Assembly (NCBI GenBank): GCA_963695545.1
Contig: OY968796.1
Location: 3,968,001-4,032,000 of the forward strand
DNA length: 64,000 bases
Origin: Terriglobia bacterium
GTDB lineage: Bacteria > Acidobacteriota > Terriglobia > Acidiferrales > UBA7541
Reading direction: 5' to 3'
Position numbers and translations under genes: made by a program. Shown one piece after another: positions 43,347-53,078 of the stretch (its first letter is position 1; each line of letters begins with the position of its first letter). The notes beneath the pieces were generated by a model, which worked only from the letters and a program-made list of their open reading frames with translations, did no database searches and was not told the DNA's origin.

Positions 43347-44295
43347 CACAATTCTCGATTTCGATTTCAACCGCGAGCCGCGATGAAAATTGCGGCGGCG
43401 CGGCCAATCCCGCGGCCGGCGTTAGCGTCCAGACGATCGTGCGCGCGGCCGAACGCGTTGCGACGACCAGACGACCGTCCTCAAGCGCGATGGTGCTGAG
43501 CGATTCGCCGCGAAAGTTTGCGTCCGCTGCGCCTTCGGGCGGCTTTTCGGGGCCAGCAGCCACAGTGGCCGAAATTTGCTGCACATCGTCGAGGCGCACC
43601 ATCAGCTTTGAGCCGCTGGCCGCGGCGAGCCATTGGCCGCTTTCCCAACCGCTTGCGGCCGACCAGTCCGGCAGCGAGACGGCACGCGCGGCTTGCCAAC
43701 GATCGTTCAGCAAGACGGGCCGCGTCGGCAGCACAACCGCCGGGCGCAGCGCGCGCAGCAACCATGCGGTAAGAACACGAGGGGCCTGCTCGTCGAGCTC
43801 GGGCGCGCCTTCGGGCGGAACGCCCAGCGTCTGGCCCGACGGCGACTCGTGGTAGCGAATCGTGCGGTCCTGGCTCCAGGCGGCGAGCGCGTCGTTCAAG
43901 GCTTTGGCCATGCGCGCCGATTCGGGGCCGGCGGGAATTTCAGCCGGCGTTGCGCTCGCGTCTTCGAGCGATTCTTCGATTTCGGCGCCGTCGGCGCCGA
44001 CCGAGAGCACACGAATTTGCGCGCGCCAAGTCAAAATACTTTTCACCTCGCGCGTGAACGGCGCGACGTAGGTTTTCGCGCCAATCGTTTGCGTTTGCTG
44101 GCCATCGACGTGCGCGGTCACGCTGAGTTGGATGCGAAATTCGGACGTGGCGCCGGCCGAAAAAAGAACTTGGAGAGGTTGGCCTTGCGCAACGGAGCCG
44201 CCCGGTTCGTGCGCGGCGCTCGCGGCAAGCGCGACGGCGCCGGAAACAATCAGCGCGACGCTACTGAGGAAAGCGAGTGATCGAGCCCGGATCAT
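43324..44295 (-). CDS. Hypothetical exported beta-rich protein
   Basis: ATG 5 nt after asmA-like stop, signal peptide, overlaps next gene. Confidence 0.7.
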   Translation of the reverse strand: MIRARSLAFLSSVALIVSGAVALAASAAHEPGGSVAQGQPLQVLFSAGATSEFRIQLSVTAHVDGQQTQTIGAKTYVAPFTREVKSILTWRAQIRVLSVGADGAEIEESLEDASATPAEIPAGPESARMAKALNDALAAWSQDRTIRYHESPSGQTLGVPPEGAPELDEQAPRVLTAWLLRALRPAVVLPTRPVLLNDRWQAARAVSLPDWSAASGWESGQWLAAASGSKLMVRLDDVQQISATVAAGPEKPPEGAADANFRGESLSTIALEDGRLVVATRSAARTIVWTLTPAAGLAAPPQFSSRLAVEIEIENCDDTACDN

Positions 44296-44299
44296 CGCC

Positions 44300-47080
44300 T
44301 CAGCGCTGGCCTCCGCGGATTGCGCCACGCGCCGGGCGCGAATTCGGCGGCGCCGGCGTGGCGGGCGGCTGATCTATCGTTACCGCAATTTGCGGAGAGG
44401 CGAAGGAGCCGGTGAGCCGATAAACGAGCGGCGGCGCTCCGGTTGCGGCTGGCGTCGCGGTCCGCGCGGGGCGGGTGGACGCGCCGCGCGAAGTCGGAGA
44501 AATTTCGATGCGCAAATCCAGCGAACCTTGGAAATCGACGGTACCGCTCGCGACGACATCCGCGACAGCCGGCGCCGTCAATCGCAAAGGCGCCACGTGC
44601 ACCATGCGGTCCGCAATGCGAAATGCCGCTTGCGTGTCGGTGAAGTGCACGTCGTCGAACGCGGGTTGATCCTGCGCGGCGGATTGATTCGGGCGCAGCG
44701 CTCCGAAATCGAAACCGGCGATCTGAAGATTCCGCGATACGAGCGAGCCTTGGCCGGTGAGCGAATCAAGAAGCGCCTCGCGGCCGATTCCGCTCGCGTG
44801 CAAGGTCAGTTCGCCCGCGGCGGCGCCGAAGAACATTCCTGGGAGCGAGGGCACAACCGGCACGAGCGTCGCAAGGTCCACACGATCGAATCGTATCGTT
44901 GCGTCATAGGTTGGCGCGGCGCCGAGGGCTGCGGCGAATTCGCCATCGACCGTGCCGCCGGCGAACGAGCCTTTGGCGCGATGAACTTCGATGGATTTTC
45001 CGGCGATTTCGACGTCGGCATCCAGCTGCGAGATGCTCAACGGAGCCAGCGAAAAATCGCCGACGCGCATGCGGCCGCGCGCGTGCAACGGGATGTTCGC
45101 AAGCAACGAGGAAACTTCTTCGCCGGTTGAGCTTTGCGCGGAACCAAACAATCCGAGCCGCTCGAGCAGGCCGGCGGGGCGAGATCGCGGTTCAATCCAG
45201 CGATCGAGCACGGACGCATCGAGCCGGTCCGTGGTGAGATCGAATTGCCAAGCGGGATGCGCGGCGGTGCGCGAAACCGTACCAGCCCAAACGGTATCGA
45301 AGCCCTGCGCGGCGGTGAGCGTGAGTTTTTCAGCCGCGCCATTGCCGAGATCGAGCACCGCGCTCGGCAAAATCAGCGGCTGATTCAAGAACGCGAATTG
45401 CAACGAAAGGCCGTGCGATTCGATCGAGCCCTGCCAATCGGTCGATCCCGAATGGAAATCTCCGTCGCCGCGAACATGAAAGGCCAAAGCTCCTTCGGCT
45501 CTCCATAACGGCGAAAGCGGGCCGCCGAATTGGCGCGCGAGTGCCACGTAATCTTGCACGCGGTCTGCCGTGCCGTCGAGCGAGACGCGAAATCGCCAAC
45601 CAGCGCCTGCCGCGGGCGCGGCGCGGCTCAATGTGGCGCCACCGGCGACGACGTGAGCCGGCTGCGGCAAAAGAAGCGATGCCTCGATGCGCAGCTGGCC
45701 GGGCTGCGACGCAGCAGGCGCGCCGGGCGCAGGCTCAAATTGCACGACGATCACAGACGAGCTAAGAGCGCCCGACTCGAGCGAGGCATTCCATCGGGCA
45801 AAGCGCAATGGCGCGAGCGTGGCGAGCGGAACGACGCGCGCGCCGGCGCTCTCAAGCGACGCGTCAACGATGCGCGGCGGCCAATCTTCGATGGCTCCTT
45901 CGGCGCGCACCCAGCCTTCGATCGAGAGATCGTCATTCACGCCCGCGTGAAATGTTCGATACCACGCGAGCAAATCGCCGTAGGCGATCTCCGAAGACGC
46001 GATCGAGATGCGCGGATGAAAACCGTGATTCCACAGAAGCTCGCCGCTCGCGTGAAGAACCGAAGCGGGCGCCTGGACATCGCAGGACGTGAGCACCAAA
46101 CGCGATTCGCCCGAGCGCCAAAGCGCATCGAGATGAACGTTCACCGAAGGTTGACCGGGCTTGGAAGGAGAATCCCACAGATGGATTCCCGCGAGATGCA
46201 CCGTGCCGCTGAGGTTCCACTCTGCGGGCGCGGGAGCGGAAAGATTCGCGGCGTCGCCCGGCGCCGGCGGCTCGATGTGCGCGTGGAACTCGGCCGCGAC
46301 CGCGCCGCGAATTCCGAAATCGTCGCCACGCGTCAGTCGCAGCGCATCTTCGATGGACGCGCCCGATAGGGAGACTTCAAGATCGGCCGGCTGAAGCCGC
46401 GACGAAGTGCCGCCCACCAGACCCCGAACATGCACCATCCCGCCCTGCGGTTGCGCGACGCCGGGGCGCATCGGCTCCGCATCGAAATCAATTTGCCAGC
46501 GGCCTGGGCTTTCCTGTTCCAGATCGCCGGTGACATCTTCGAGCGCGAAGGGGCGAACGTCCTGATCCTGTTTGAAATTTACGCGCCCGCCATCCACCTC
46601 GATTCGCGACAAATGAAATCGGAGCGCCGAGCGCAGTGGCGATGCTTCAGAACGTTTGCCCTGTTCGGCCGGCGCAGGCGCAGGCGCGGGCAGCCAGCTT
46701 TCAAGATTCCAGTGGCCGTCGGACATGCGCGCCAAATTCAGAGTGGGGCGGGTGAAGGAGAGTGTTCCGAATTCAAAATGACCGGAGAGTAGCGCCGACC
46801 AGCGCGGGCCGGCGGTCAATTGTTCGGCGCGCAGAAAATATTCCTGGCCGAAGCGCGGATCCTCCGCGACGCTCACGTCGAGCGCTTCAATGCGCGGGCC
46901 ATCGAGCAAACTGAAACTGAATGTGCGCACTTCGACGGGGCGGCCGAAACTCGATTCGAGACGCGCGGTGAGGTAGCGGTGCAACGCGGGCGTTCGCAGC
47001 AGGAGGGAGAACCCTTCGCTCGCGATAAGCAGAACGGCCGCAAGAACCACGGCCCACCGGAACCAGCGCTTGCGAAGCAT
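44300..47080 (-). CDS. AsmA-family protein
   Basis: N-terminal TM, L...FGRPVEV, V.EDP.FG.E.FLRA, G.WN; AsmA-like C-terminus (SGTVDF.G.LDL). Confidence 0.85.
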   Translation of the reverse strand: MLRKRWFRWAVVLAAVLLIASEGFSLLLRTPALHRYLTARLESSFGRPVEVRTFSFSLLDGPRIEALDVSVAEDPRFGQEYFLRAEQLTAGPRWSALLSGHFEFGTLSFTRPTLNLARMSDGHWNLESWLPAPAPAPAEQGKRSEASPLRSALRFHLSRIEVDGGRVNFKQDQDVRPFALEDVTGDLEQESPGRWQIDFDAEPMRPGVAQPQGGMVHVRGLVGGTSSRLQPADLEVSLSGASIEDALRLTRGDDFGIRGAVAAEFHAHIEPPAPGDAANLSAPAPAEWNLSGTVHLAGIHLWDSPSKPGQPSVNVHLDALWRSGESRLVLTSCDVQAPASVLHASGELLWNHGFHPRISIASSEIAYGDLLAWYRTFHAGVNDDLSIEGWVRAEGAIEDWPPRIVDASLESAGARVVPLATLAPLRFARWNASLESGALSSSVIVVQFEPAPGAPAASQPGQLRIEASLLLPQPAHVVAGGATLSRAAPAAGAGWRFRVSLDGTADRVQDYVALARQFGGPLSPLWRAEGALAFHVRGDGDFHSGSTDWQGSIESHGLSLQFAFLNQPLILPSAVLDLGNGAAEKLTLTAAQGFDTVWAGTVSRTAAHPAWQFDLTTDRLDASVLDRWIEPRSRPAGLLERLGLFGSAQSSTGEEVSSLLANIPLHARGRMRVGDFSLAPLSISQLDADVEIAGKSIEVHRAKGSFAGGTVDGEFAAALGAAPTYDATIRFDRVDLATLVPVVPSLPGMFFGAAAGELTLHASGIGREALLDSLTGQGSLVSRNLQIAGFDFGALRPNQSAAQDQPAFDDVHFTDTQAAFRIADRMVHVAPLRLTAPAVADVVASGTVDFQGSLDLRIEISPTSRGASTRPARTATPAATGAPPLVYRLTGSFASPQIAVTIDQPPATPAPPNSRPARGAIRGGQR

Positions 47081-47156
47081 GAGGCGGAAACGAATTGTGG
47101 CAAATCGCGGAAGGAAAGAAAAGCAGCGCGTCTCGGGCCAATCGGACGGGGCGGCG

Positions 47157-47951
47157 CTAATGGACTTCGTGGAACATGCGGCCGCCGCGCGTGCGCGAAA
47201 AAATGTGGATCAGCGAATCGAAAAGATCGACGAGCTGGCTGCCAAGACCCTCGTCAGGCGATTCGGATTCGGGCGAATTCACCGACCAATAGATAATCAC
47301 CGGGCGGCCCATGATGGCTTCGCGGTCCACGAAGCCCCAATATCGGCTGTCCCAGCTGTGATCGCGATTGTCGCCCATCGCAAAATATTTGCCGGGCGGC
47401 ACCACGAGCTCGCCATCGTGCACATAGTTCAGGATTTGGCTGGCCCATTCCGGGCGCATCAGCGCGTCGAGACTGCCGGCCTCGGTGGGCGGAAAGCTTA
47501 TGCCGAATGGATCGTAAGGCGCGTCAGGATCGTGCACCACGTACGGCTCTTTCTGAAGCACGTCGTTCACGTAGACCTGCTGGTCAACCATCTTGATGCG
47601 ATCACCGGGAATTCCGATCACGCGCTTCACATAATGCGGATGATCGTCGAACGGAAAATGGAAAACGATCACGTCGCCGCGGCGAATGTCGCGATACGGA
47701 AGGAAGTGGTCGTACCAGTGGCCGCGCCCCTCGAAGATAAATTTGTTCACGAGCAGGTGATCGCCCACCAGCAGCGTCGGTTCCATCGAAGGCGATGGAA
47801 TTTTGAATGCCTGCACAATAAACGTGGTTCCGAACAGCGCCAGAATCACGGTGACCAGAAGCGATTCGGCGTATTCGCGCAGCGTAGTTTCGCCGCGCGA
47901 GGCGGGCCGCGCGGCAGATCCGGATTCCGTGACTTCGGCCGTTTCAGGCAT
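47157..47951 (-). CDS. lepB: Signal peptidase I (copy 2)
   Basis: IPSPSMEPTL, YVKRVIG.PGD, MGDNRDHSWDSRYWG. Confidence 0.95.
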   Translation of the reverse strand: MPETAEVTESGSAARPASRGETTLREYAESLLVTVILALFGTTFIVQAFKIPSPSMEPTLLVGDHLLVNKFIFEGRGHWYDHFLPYRDIRRGDVIVFHFPFDDHPHYVKRVIGIPGDRIKMVDQQVYVNDVLQKEPYVVHDPDAPYDPFGISFPPTEAGSLDALMRPEWASQILNYVHDGELVVPPGKYFAMGDNRDHSWDSRYWGFVDREAIMGRPVIIYWSVNSPESESPDEGLGSQLVDLFDSLIHIFSRTRGGRMFHEVH

Positions 47952-47993
47952 CGCCAGGTTGCTGTGGCAACTTCCTTTCCGAGAGTTCGCCGC

Positions 47994-48824
47994 TCAGTGC
48001 ACCAGCCGCAGAATCCTATCGCCCCGCGTGCGCGCGGGCAAATGAATCAGCGCGTCGAGCCAGTCCGCCAATTGTCCGCTGAGCCCTCGCCCCTCGTATC
48101 CGGCCTCGGCGGACCTCACCGACCAGTATATGACGATGGGCCGGCCAATGATGGCCTCGCGGTCCACAAATCCCCAATAGCGGCTGTCCTCGCTGTTGTC
48201 GCGGTTGTCGCCCATGGCGAAGTATTTTCCCGGCGGCACAATCAGTTCTCCGTTGCGAACGTAACTCAAAATCTCGGCAGCCCACTCCGGTCGCATCGAT
48301 GGATCCAGACCTTCCACATCGCGCGGGGGAAAATCCGCGGCGAACAGATCGTACGGAATCGAGGGATCGTGGTAGGCGTAAGGCTCCTTGAGCGGCGCGC
48401 CGTTGATATAAACGGTTTGATCCACGATCTTGATTCTATCTCCGGGCAAACCAATGGCCCGCTTCACGTAGTATGGATGATCGTCGAAAGGGTACGGAAA
48501 GACGATCACGTCGCCGCGCCGGACCTCTCGATACGGAAGCAAATGGTCGTACCAATGTCCGCGGCCGCCGAAAATAAATTTGTCCACGAGCACATGATCG
48601 CCCACCAGCAGCGCCGGCTCCATGGAACGCGTGGGAATCTTGAAAGCCTGAACAACGAAGGTCGTGCAGAAAAGCGCCAGGAGCACGGTCACCACAAGCG
48701 ATTCGATGTACTCCCACACCGTGGCGCGCCGATGCGCGTGACGCTGTCCCCGATGCGCCGGACGAGATTTTTCTGGCGAGCCCGACACTTCGGAAACGTC
48801 ACGCAGGTCGGGCGCGCCGGCCAT
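47994..48824 (-). CDS. lepB: Signal peptidase I (copy 1)
   Basis: IPTRSMEP, YVKRAIG.PGD, MGDNRDNSEDSRYWG. Confidence 0.95.
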   Translation of the reverse strand: MAGAPDLRDVSEVSGSPEKSRPAHRGQRHAHRRATVWEYIESLVVTVLLALFCTTFVVQAFKIPTRSMEPALLVGDHVLVDKFIFGGRGHWYDHLLPYREVRRGDVIVFPYPFDDHPYYVKRAIGLPGDRIKIVDQTVYINGAPLKEPYAYHDPSIPYDLFAADFPPRDVEGLDPSMRPEWAAEILSYVRNGELIVPPGKYFAMGDNRDNSEDSRYWGFVDREAIIGRPIVIYWSVRSAEAGYEGRGLSGQLADWLDALIHLPARTRGDRILRLVH

Positions 48825-48831
48825 GGTAGAT

Positions 48832-49545
48832 TTATTCCTCCCCGCGATCCGTGCCCAATCGTTCGAGAACCGAGCGTGCCGCGTCCTGTTCGGCTTCCTT
48901 CTTCGTTCGGCCGGTGCCGGTCGCGGTGACGCCCGAGGCGCGCACTTCGATGCGGAACGTCTTGCGATGGTCCGGTCCCGATTCTTCGACTACACGATAT
49001 TCGGCCTGGCCGCGTCCGCCGGCTTGGAGCAATTCCTGAAGCGCAGATTTGTGATCGGATCGGCCGGGACTCGCGGCCTCCGCTTCAAGCGCTCCGGCCA
49101 CCAGCGCGCGGCGGACGAAATCGCGAGCCACCTCGAGGCCGGCGTCCAGATAAACCGCGGCAACCACGGCTTCGAGCGCATCGGCAAGCAGAGCGGGCTT
49201 TTCGCGTCCGCCGGTCTTTTCTTCGCCGCGGCCGAGCCGAAGATATCGGCCGAGATCGATTTGCCGGGCCGTTGCCGCGAGCGAAGATTCGTTCACCAAA
49301 CGCGCGCGGCTTTTTGAGAGCTGCCCTTCACTCCAATCGGGAAAAGCGCGTAACAGCTCTTCGCTCACCAGCATTCCCAGGATTGCGTCTCCCAGGAACT
49401 CAAGTTGTTCGTTATCGCCGAGCGGCGCGGCCGATCCGGGTTCCGGCGATACCGAGCGGTGCGTCAGCGCCCGATCAAGAAGACTGCGATCGGCGAACGT
49501 GTGGCCGAGATCGGTTTCCAATCGGGCGAAGTCCGCAGCCGCCAT
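48832..49545 (-). CDS. rnc: Ribonuclease III
   Basis: ALTHRS, NEQLEFLGDAIL, DALEA, dsRBD (KSALQE, GPDH, KKEAEQ). Confidence 0.96.
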   Translation of the reverse strand: MAAADFARLETDLGHTFADRSLLDRALTHRSVSPEPGSAAPLGDNEQLEFLGDAILGMLVSEELLRAFPDWSEGQLSKSRARLVNESSLAATARQIDLGRYLRLGRGEEKTGGREKPALLADALEAVVAAVYLDAGLEVARDFVRRALVAGALEAEAASPGRSDHKSALQELLQAGGRGQAEYRVVEESGPDHRKTFRIEVRASGVTATGTGRTKKEAEQDAARSVLERLGTDRGEE

Positions 49546-49560
49546 CGCAATGCCACACGC

Positions 49561-50481
49561 TCAAGGCTTCGGCTGCGGAGGAGCGGGTGTGGCCGCAGGC
49601 GCCGCGGCAGGCGGAGGCGCGAGCAGCGCCTTCTTTTTCGCGTCGTCCAAGCCGGCTTTGCAGCGATCTTGCATCGGCCCTTCATCCGTGCATTTCATGA
49701 ACGTGTTCACGGCATCGTCGAAGTGACCGACTTGCTCATACGCATGGCCGAGGAGGAAATAATCCACAGGGTCGGGAGAATTCGCCAACTGCACGGCTTG
49801 CGTTAATTCAGCCACGGCATCGTTGAACTTTCCCGTTTTGTAATCGATAAGGCCGAGACCGCTGTGGCACATCGACAGTTTGTCGTTCTTCGCCGCGGTG
49901 AACTGTGCGTCGTCCAACGTGGCAGGCTTCGCCATCGTCGAAATCAAGCTGATGGCGTGTTGCCCGTAGTTTTCTAGCTTCACGTACTCATCGGCAGCGC
50001 CCGCATCCTGCGGTTGAACCTTCCGGGCCATGGCCCAAACCGTCAGCGAAAGCGCATCGACGTTGTCCGGGTCCAAGTTGATCGAGTTCTGCGCGGCGGC
50101 AATCATTTTGTCGCTGTCGCCCGAACCGAGATAATCCAGGGCCAGCGCCGAGTAAACGGTTGAGAGGTAGCGGCTGGTCGGATACTTTTTTACGAAATCC
50201 TCGCCCAACCCGATCTGCTTTGTCGGATCTGGCCCGTGTGCGTCGTAGAAGGCTTTGTAGTCAGCCTCTTCCGCTTTATCTACAGGCGGCGCCGCCTGGG
50301 TGGCGGGCTGGCCCGATCCGGGCAACTGGCCTGAGGGCAATTGTCCGGACGGCCCCTGCGCCGGCGTCGCGGGCGCGGACGAACTTGGCGCCGGCGTTTG
50401 GTTCATCTGAGCTCGGCCCGTGGCGATAAACAGCAGCGCCAGCAGAACCGTTCCGGCAGTCTTCACTAATTTCCGCTTCAT
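49561..50481 (-). CDS. Exported tetratricopeptide-repeat protein
   Basis: Signal peptide, Pro/Gln linker, TPR-like helical repeats. Confidence 0.75.
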   Translation of the reverse strand: MKRKLVKTAGTVLLALLFIATGRAQMNQTPAPSSSAPATPAQGPSGQLPSGQLPGSGQPATQAAPPVDKAEEADYKAFYDAHGPDPTKQIGLGEDFVKKYPTSRYLSTVYSALALDYLGSGDSDKMIAAAQNSINLDPDNVDALSLTVWAMARKVQPQDAGAADEYVKLENYGQHAISLISTMAKPATLDDAQFTAAKNDKLSMCHSGLGLIDYKTGKFNDAVAELTQAVQLANSPDPVDYFLLGHAYEQVGHFDDAVNTFMKCTDEGPMQDRCKAGLDDAKKKALLAPPPAAAPAATPAPPQPKP

Positions 50482-50525
50482 GGCGTATGACTCCTTGTCA
50501 AAATTTGCGCTCGAGGAAAAACCGC

Positions 50526-52229
50526 TTATGGCTTTGCGTTCCCCGGATCGTCTGTGTGCTGCGGAGCTTGAAAACCTTGATCCACGCCCTTCTGCGCGGC
50601 CGCCTTGGCGGCGTCGGGCGCGCCTTCAACCGAGAGTGCCGCGCGGTATTCGGCGACGGCCTGGTCTCGATTTCCCTGCACATCATACAGCCGGCCCAGA
50701 TACACGTGCGACCACGAAAGCGTGCGGGCGTCGGGCGGATCCGTCGGCGCATCGGTGGCCGGCGTCGAACCCGTGCCGGAGGCGGGGCCCGCGCCCGGAG
50801 CCGCGGCAACGATTTGCAGGAACAACTGCTCCGCACGCTCAGCTCGACTTTGCATCAGCGAAGCGACCGCCAGTCCGAACAGCGCTCGAGATTCGCCCGG
50901 ATGGCGCGTCAGAACGCGCTCGAACGACGCCGCGGCGGAGTTCGCGTCGTTGGCGGCGATCGCTGCTTCGCCTTCGATCAAATCCGCGTTGTCCGCGTAG
51001 CCCACGGCTATGTGCGGCCGCGCCACCTCCGCGGTACGCGGCGCAAATTGCACGCCGGCAAGCCGGCGCATCTCAGCGGCGACGTTAATCCCGTGGACCA
51101 GATCGGGATAATACAAATTCATCGGGGGCTGCGTTTTCTCGAAGCTCATCAACTGCGTGACCAGCGGCCGCACCAGCACGTAGCCGTCCGCGTCTTCGCT
51201 CGCCAGACGCGCCTCCAAGTCCGACGGGCGGTCCAGGCGCAACTCCACCGCGCGCACCAAACACTCGGTGAAGTACGACGTGAAATCGTCGTCATATTCC
51301 TGCGGCAAGCGCGGCGCCCGAACCGCGACCCCTAGCAACGGAGCGTCAGCGACAATCGTGTTGTGGAAGCGGTATGCCAACGGGTCGAGAAAGAAATGCA
51401 GGAACGCGTGGCGAATCTCGTCGAGCGGAAGGCCGCGGCCTGGATCGAGCACGAAATCGTATTCGTCACCGAGGTTGAGGAAATTCGAGTGCGCGCCGAC
51501 CAGCGGCTCGACGTACACCGTGAACGTCTGTGGGCTTCTGGGATTGATCACTTCGCGAAGGTAGCCGCTGGTGACGTAGAGCACGTTCGACACGGGTCCG
51601 GTGACGGACGTCACGGCACTCTCGTACTGCGGCTCGACCTGGTGCCAAATATCTTCGATATGCCCCTCGGCGTAAAAATTCGAGAGCACCGCGCCGAAGC
51701 CCTCCAGCGCGAGCGCATCCGGCGAAACGTCCTCGCGGTGAACTTGAATCTCGAACACCGGCGGCGGTCCCATCGCCAGGGCGTAGGCGATGTAGCGGGA
51801 GAGCGTGGAGCCGGGATCCGCCAGCTCGTGATCCTGATAAAATTTTCGCAGCGCATCCACGGACGGCCCGTGAAGCGCTTCCATCTTCGCGCGAAGCTCC
51901 ACGCGAGCGGGCGTGCCGCCGCCGTCCGGATCGAAGCCCGCGGCGTCCAGCGCGCACATCGTGGCAAACAACTGCAAGCTCGGCTCGATGCTGACGGGAG
52001 CTCTTCGCGGCTCCACGTTGCTCTGGTCGTCAGGCGCGGCCTGATCGGCCGGCGCTGCTGGCGCAGTGTGCTTCGGTTGAGGTTGCGACGCGGGAGCCTG
52101 CGGCGGCGCATCCTGGCCCGGCTCGGTCTGCTGCGGACGTGCGGCGGCGCTGGCTGCGATGAGACACAGTGCCACGGCGGTGTAGATCGCTTTGGAAGAA
52201 AGCTGCATTCTGAAGGTGGGGACGATCAA
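50526..52229 (-). CDS. Exported protein with zincin-like (DUF4932-like) region and C-terminal TPRs
   Basis: Signal peptide, IRHAFLH..LDP and E.LVRA, C-terminal LGRLYD..G.R..A...Y TPR. Confidence 0.7.
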   Translation of the reverse strand: MIVPTFRMQLSSKAIYTAVALCLIAASAAARPQQTEPGQDAPPQAPASQPQPKHTAPAAPADQAAPDDQSNVEPRRAPVSIEPSLQLFATMCALDAAGFDPDGGGTPARVELRAKMEALHGPSVDALRKFYQDHELADPGSTLSRYIAYALAMGPPPVFEIQVHREDVSPDALALEGFGAVLSNFYAEGHIEDIWHQVEPQYESAVTSVTGPVSNVLYVTSGYLREVINPRSPQTFTVYVEPLVGAHSNFLNLGDEYDFVLDPGRGLPLDEIRHAFLHFFLDPLAYRFHNTIVADAPLLGVAVRAPRLPQEYDDDFTSYFTECLVRAVELRLDRPSDLEARLASEDADGYVLVRPLVTQLMSFEKTQPPMNLYYPDLVHGINVAAEMRRLAGVQFAPRTAEVARPHIAVGYADNADLIEGEAAIAANDANSAAASFERVLTRHPGESRALFGLAVASLMQSRAERAEQLFLQIVAAAPGAGPASGTGSTPATDAPTDPPDARTLSWSHVYLGRLYDVQGNRDQAVAEYRAALSVEGAPDAAKAAAQKGVDQGFQAPQHTDDPGNAKP

Positions 52230-52328
52230 ATTGCCGTCATGTCCGCGCCCGGGAAGCCACTTTACAAGCCCTGCCAGCCGCAGTCAAGAAACGCGCCGCC
52301 GCGAAAATCCGTTTCTGCCGCGCCGCGT

Positions 52329-53078
52329 TTACCCGTGAACTCGAAATTCGCTGAAGCTCAAGACAACGTGGCCGCCCGCCGTGGGCCGGCCGAAACTCAA
52401 TTCCGGACGGAAGCGCGAAAACAACATCACCTGGTCGAGTTCGCGCCGCAAGGCCTTGTTCGTCGGCCCGGAAAGAATCCGATAGCTCGCCGCTTCGCCG
52501 TCCGCGTTCACCGTGGCTTCCACCATCAGCACGTGCGAGGTCCCGTGGCTTGCGTCTTCGATTCCAGTCATCGGGAACTCGGCGAGCGATTCAAGCCGCG
52601 CCGGCTGCAATAGACTGGTCGGAGCATCGTTGGTCACCGCTTGCAACGGCGCGCCCAAACCCAGCACCTGGCACACGATCGCGAAAACCGTGAGCGCCAC
52701 CGCCAGCCCGCCCGTCACCGGCAGCGCCAGAGGCTCAAGGATATTCTTCGCCACGATTTCGCAGCGATCGCGCCATCTGCGCAGTTTCGCGCCCGCGACG
52801 GAGAAGTAACCCGCCGCGCCGGACACGCCAGCCGCGCCGTTTCGCGCGCGCGTCTCGCTCAAACGTACGCGAATGCGCGCCGCCAAATCCGCCGGCGGAG
52901 CGGGACGTTCCACGCGCGCCATCAGCGCCGAAAGTTTCTGATAGCGCTCAAGCTCTTCCCGGCACCCGGCGCACGATTCCAAATGATGACCGACGCGCCC
53001 GTGATCGTTTGCGCGCGACTCCGGCAAGGCGCCATCAAGATAGCCCGCCAATAGACCTTTCACTTCGGCGCAATTCAT
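52329..53078 (-). CDS. zf-HC2 anti-sigma factor with TonB-C-like periplasmic domain
   Basis: MNC..V...L..YLDG, HLESCAGC, one TM, C-terminal V.ADG....RILSG...F.P....GRP. Confidence 0.82.
   Translation of the reverse strand: MNCAEVKGLLAGYLDGALPESRANDHGRVGHHLESCAGCREELERYQKLSALMARVERPAPPADLAARIRVRLSETRARNGAAGVSGAAGYFSVAGAKLRRWRDRCEIVAKNILEPLALPVTGGLAVALTVFAIVCQVLGLGAPLQAVTNDAPTSLLQPARLESLAEFPMTGIEDASHGTSHVLMVEATVNADGEAASYRILSGPTNKALRRELDQVMLFSRFRPELSFGRPTAGGHVVLSFSEFRVHG

Noticed and set aside
47070..48929. 619-aa plus-strand ORF with internal repeat
   Set aside because: Antisense shadow of the two lepB genes
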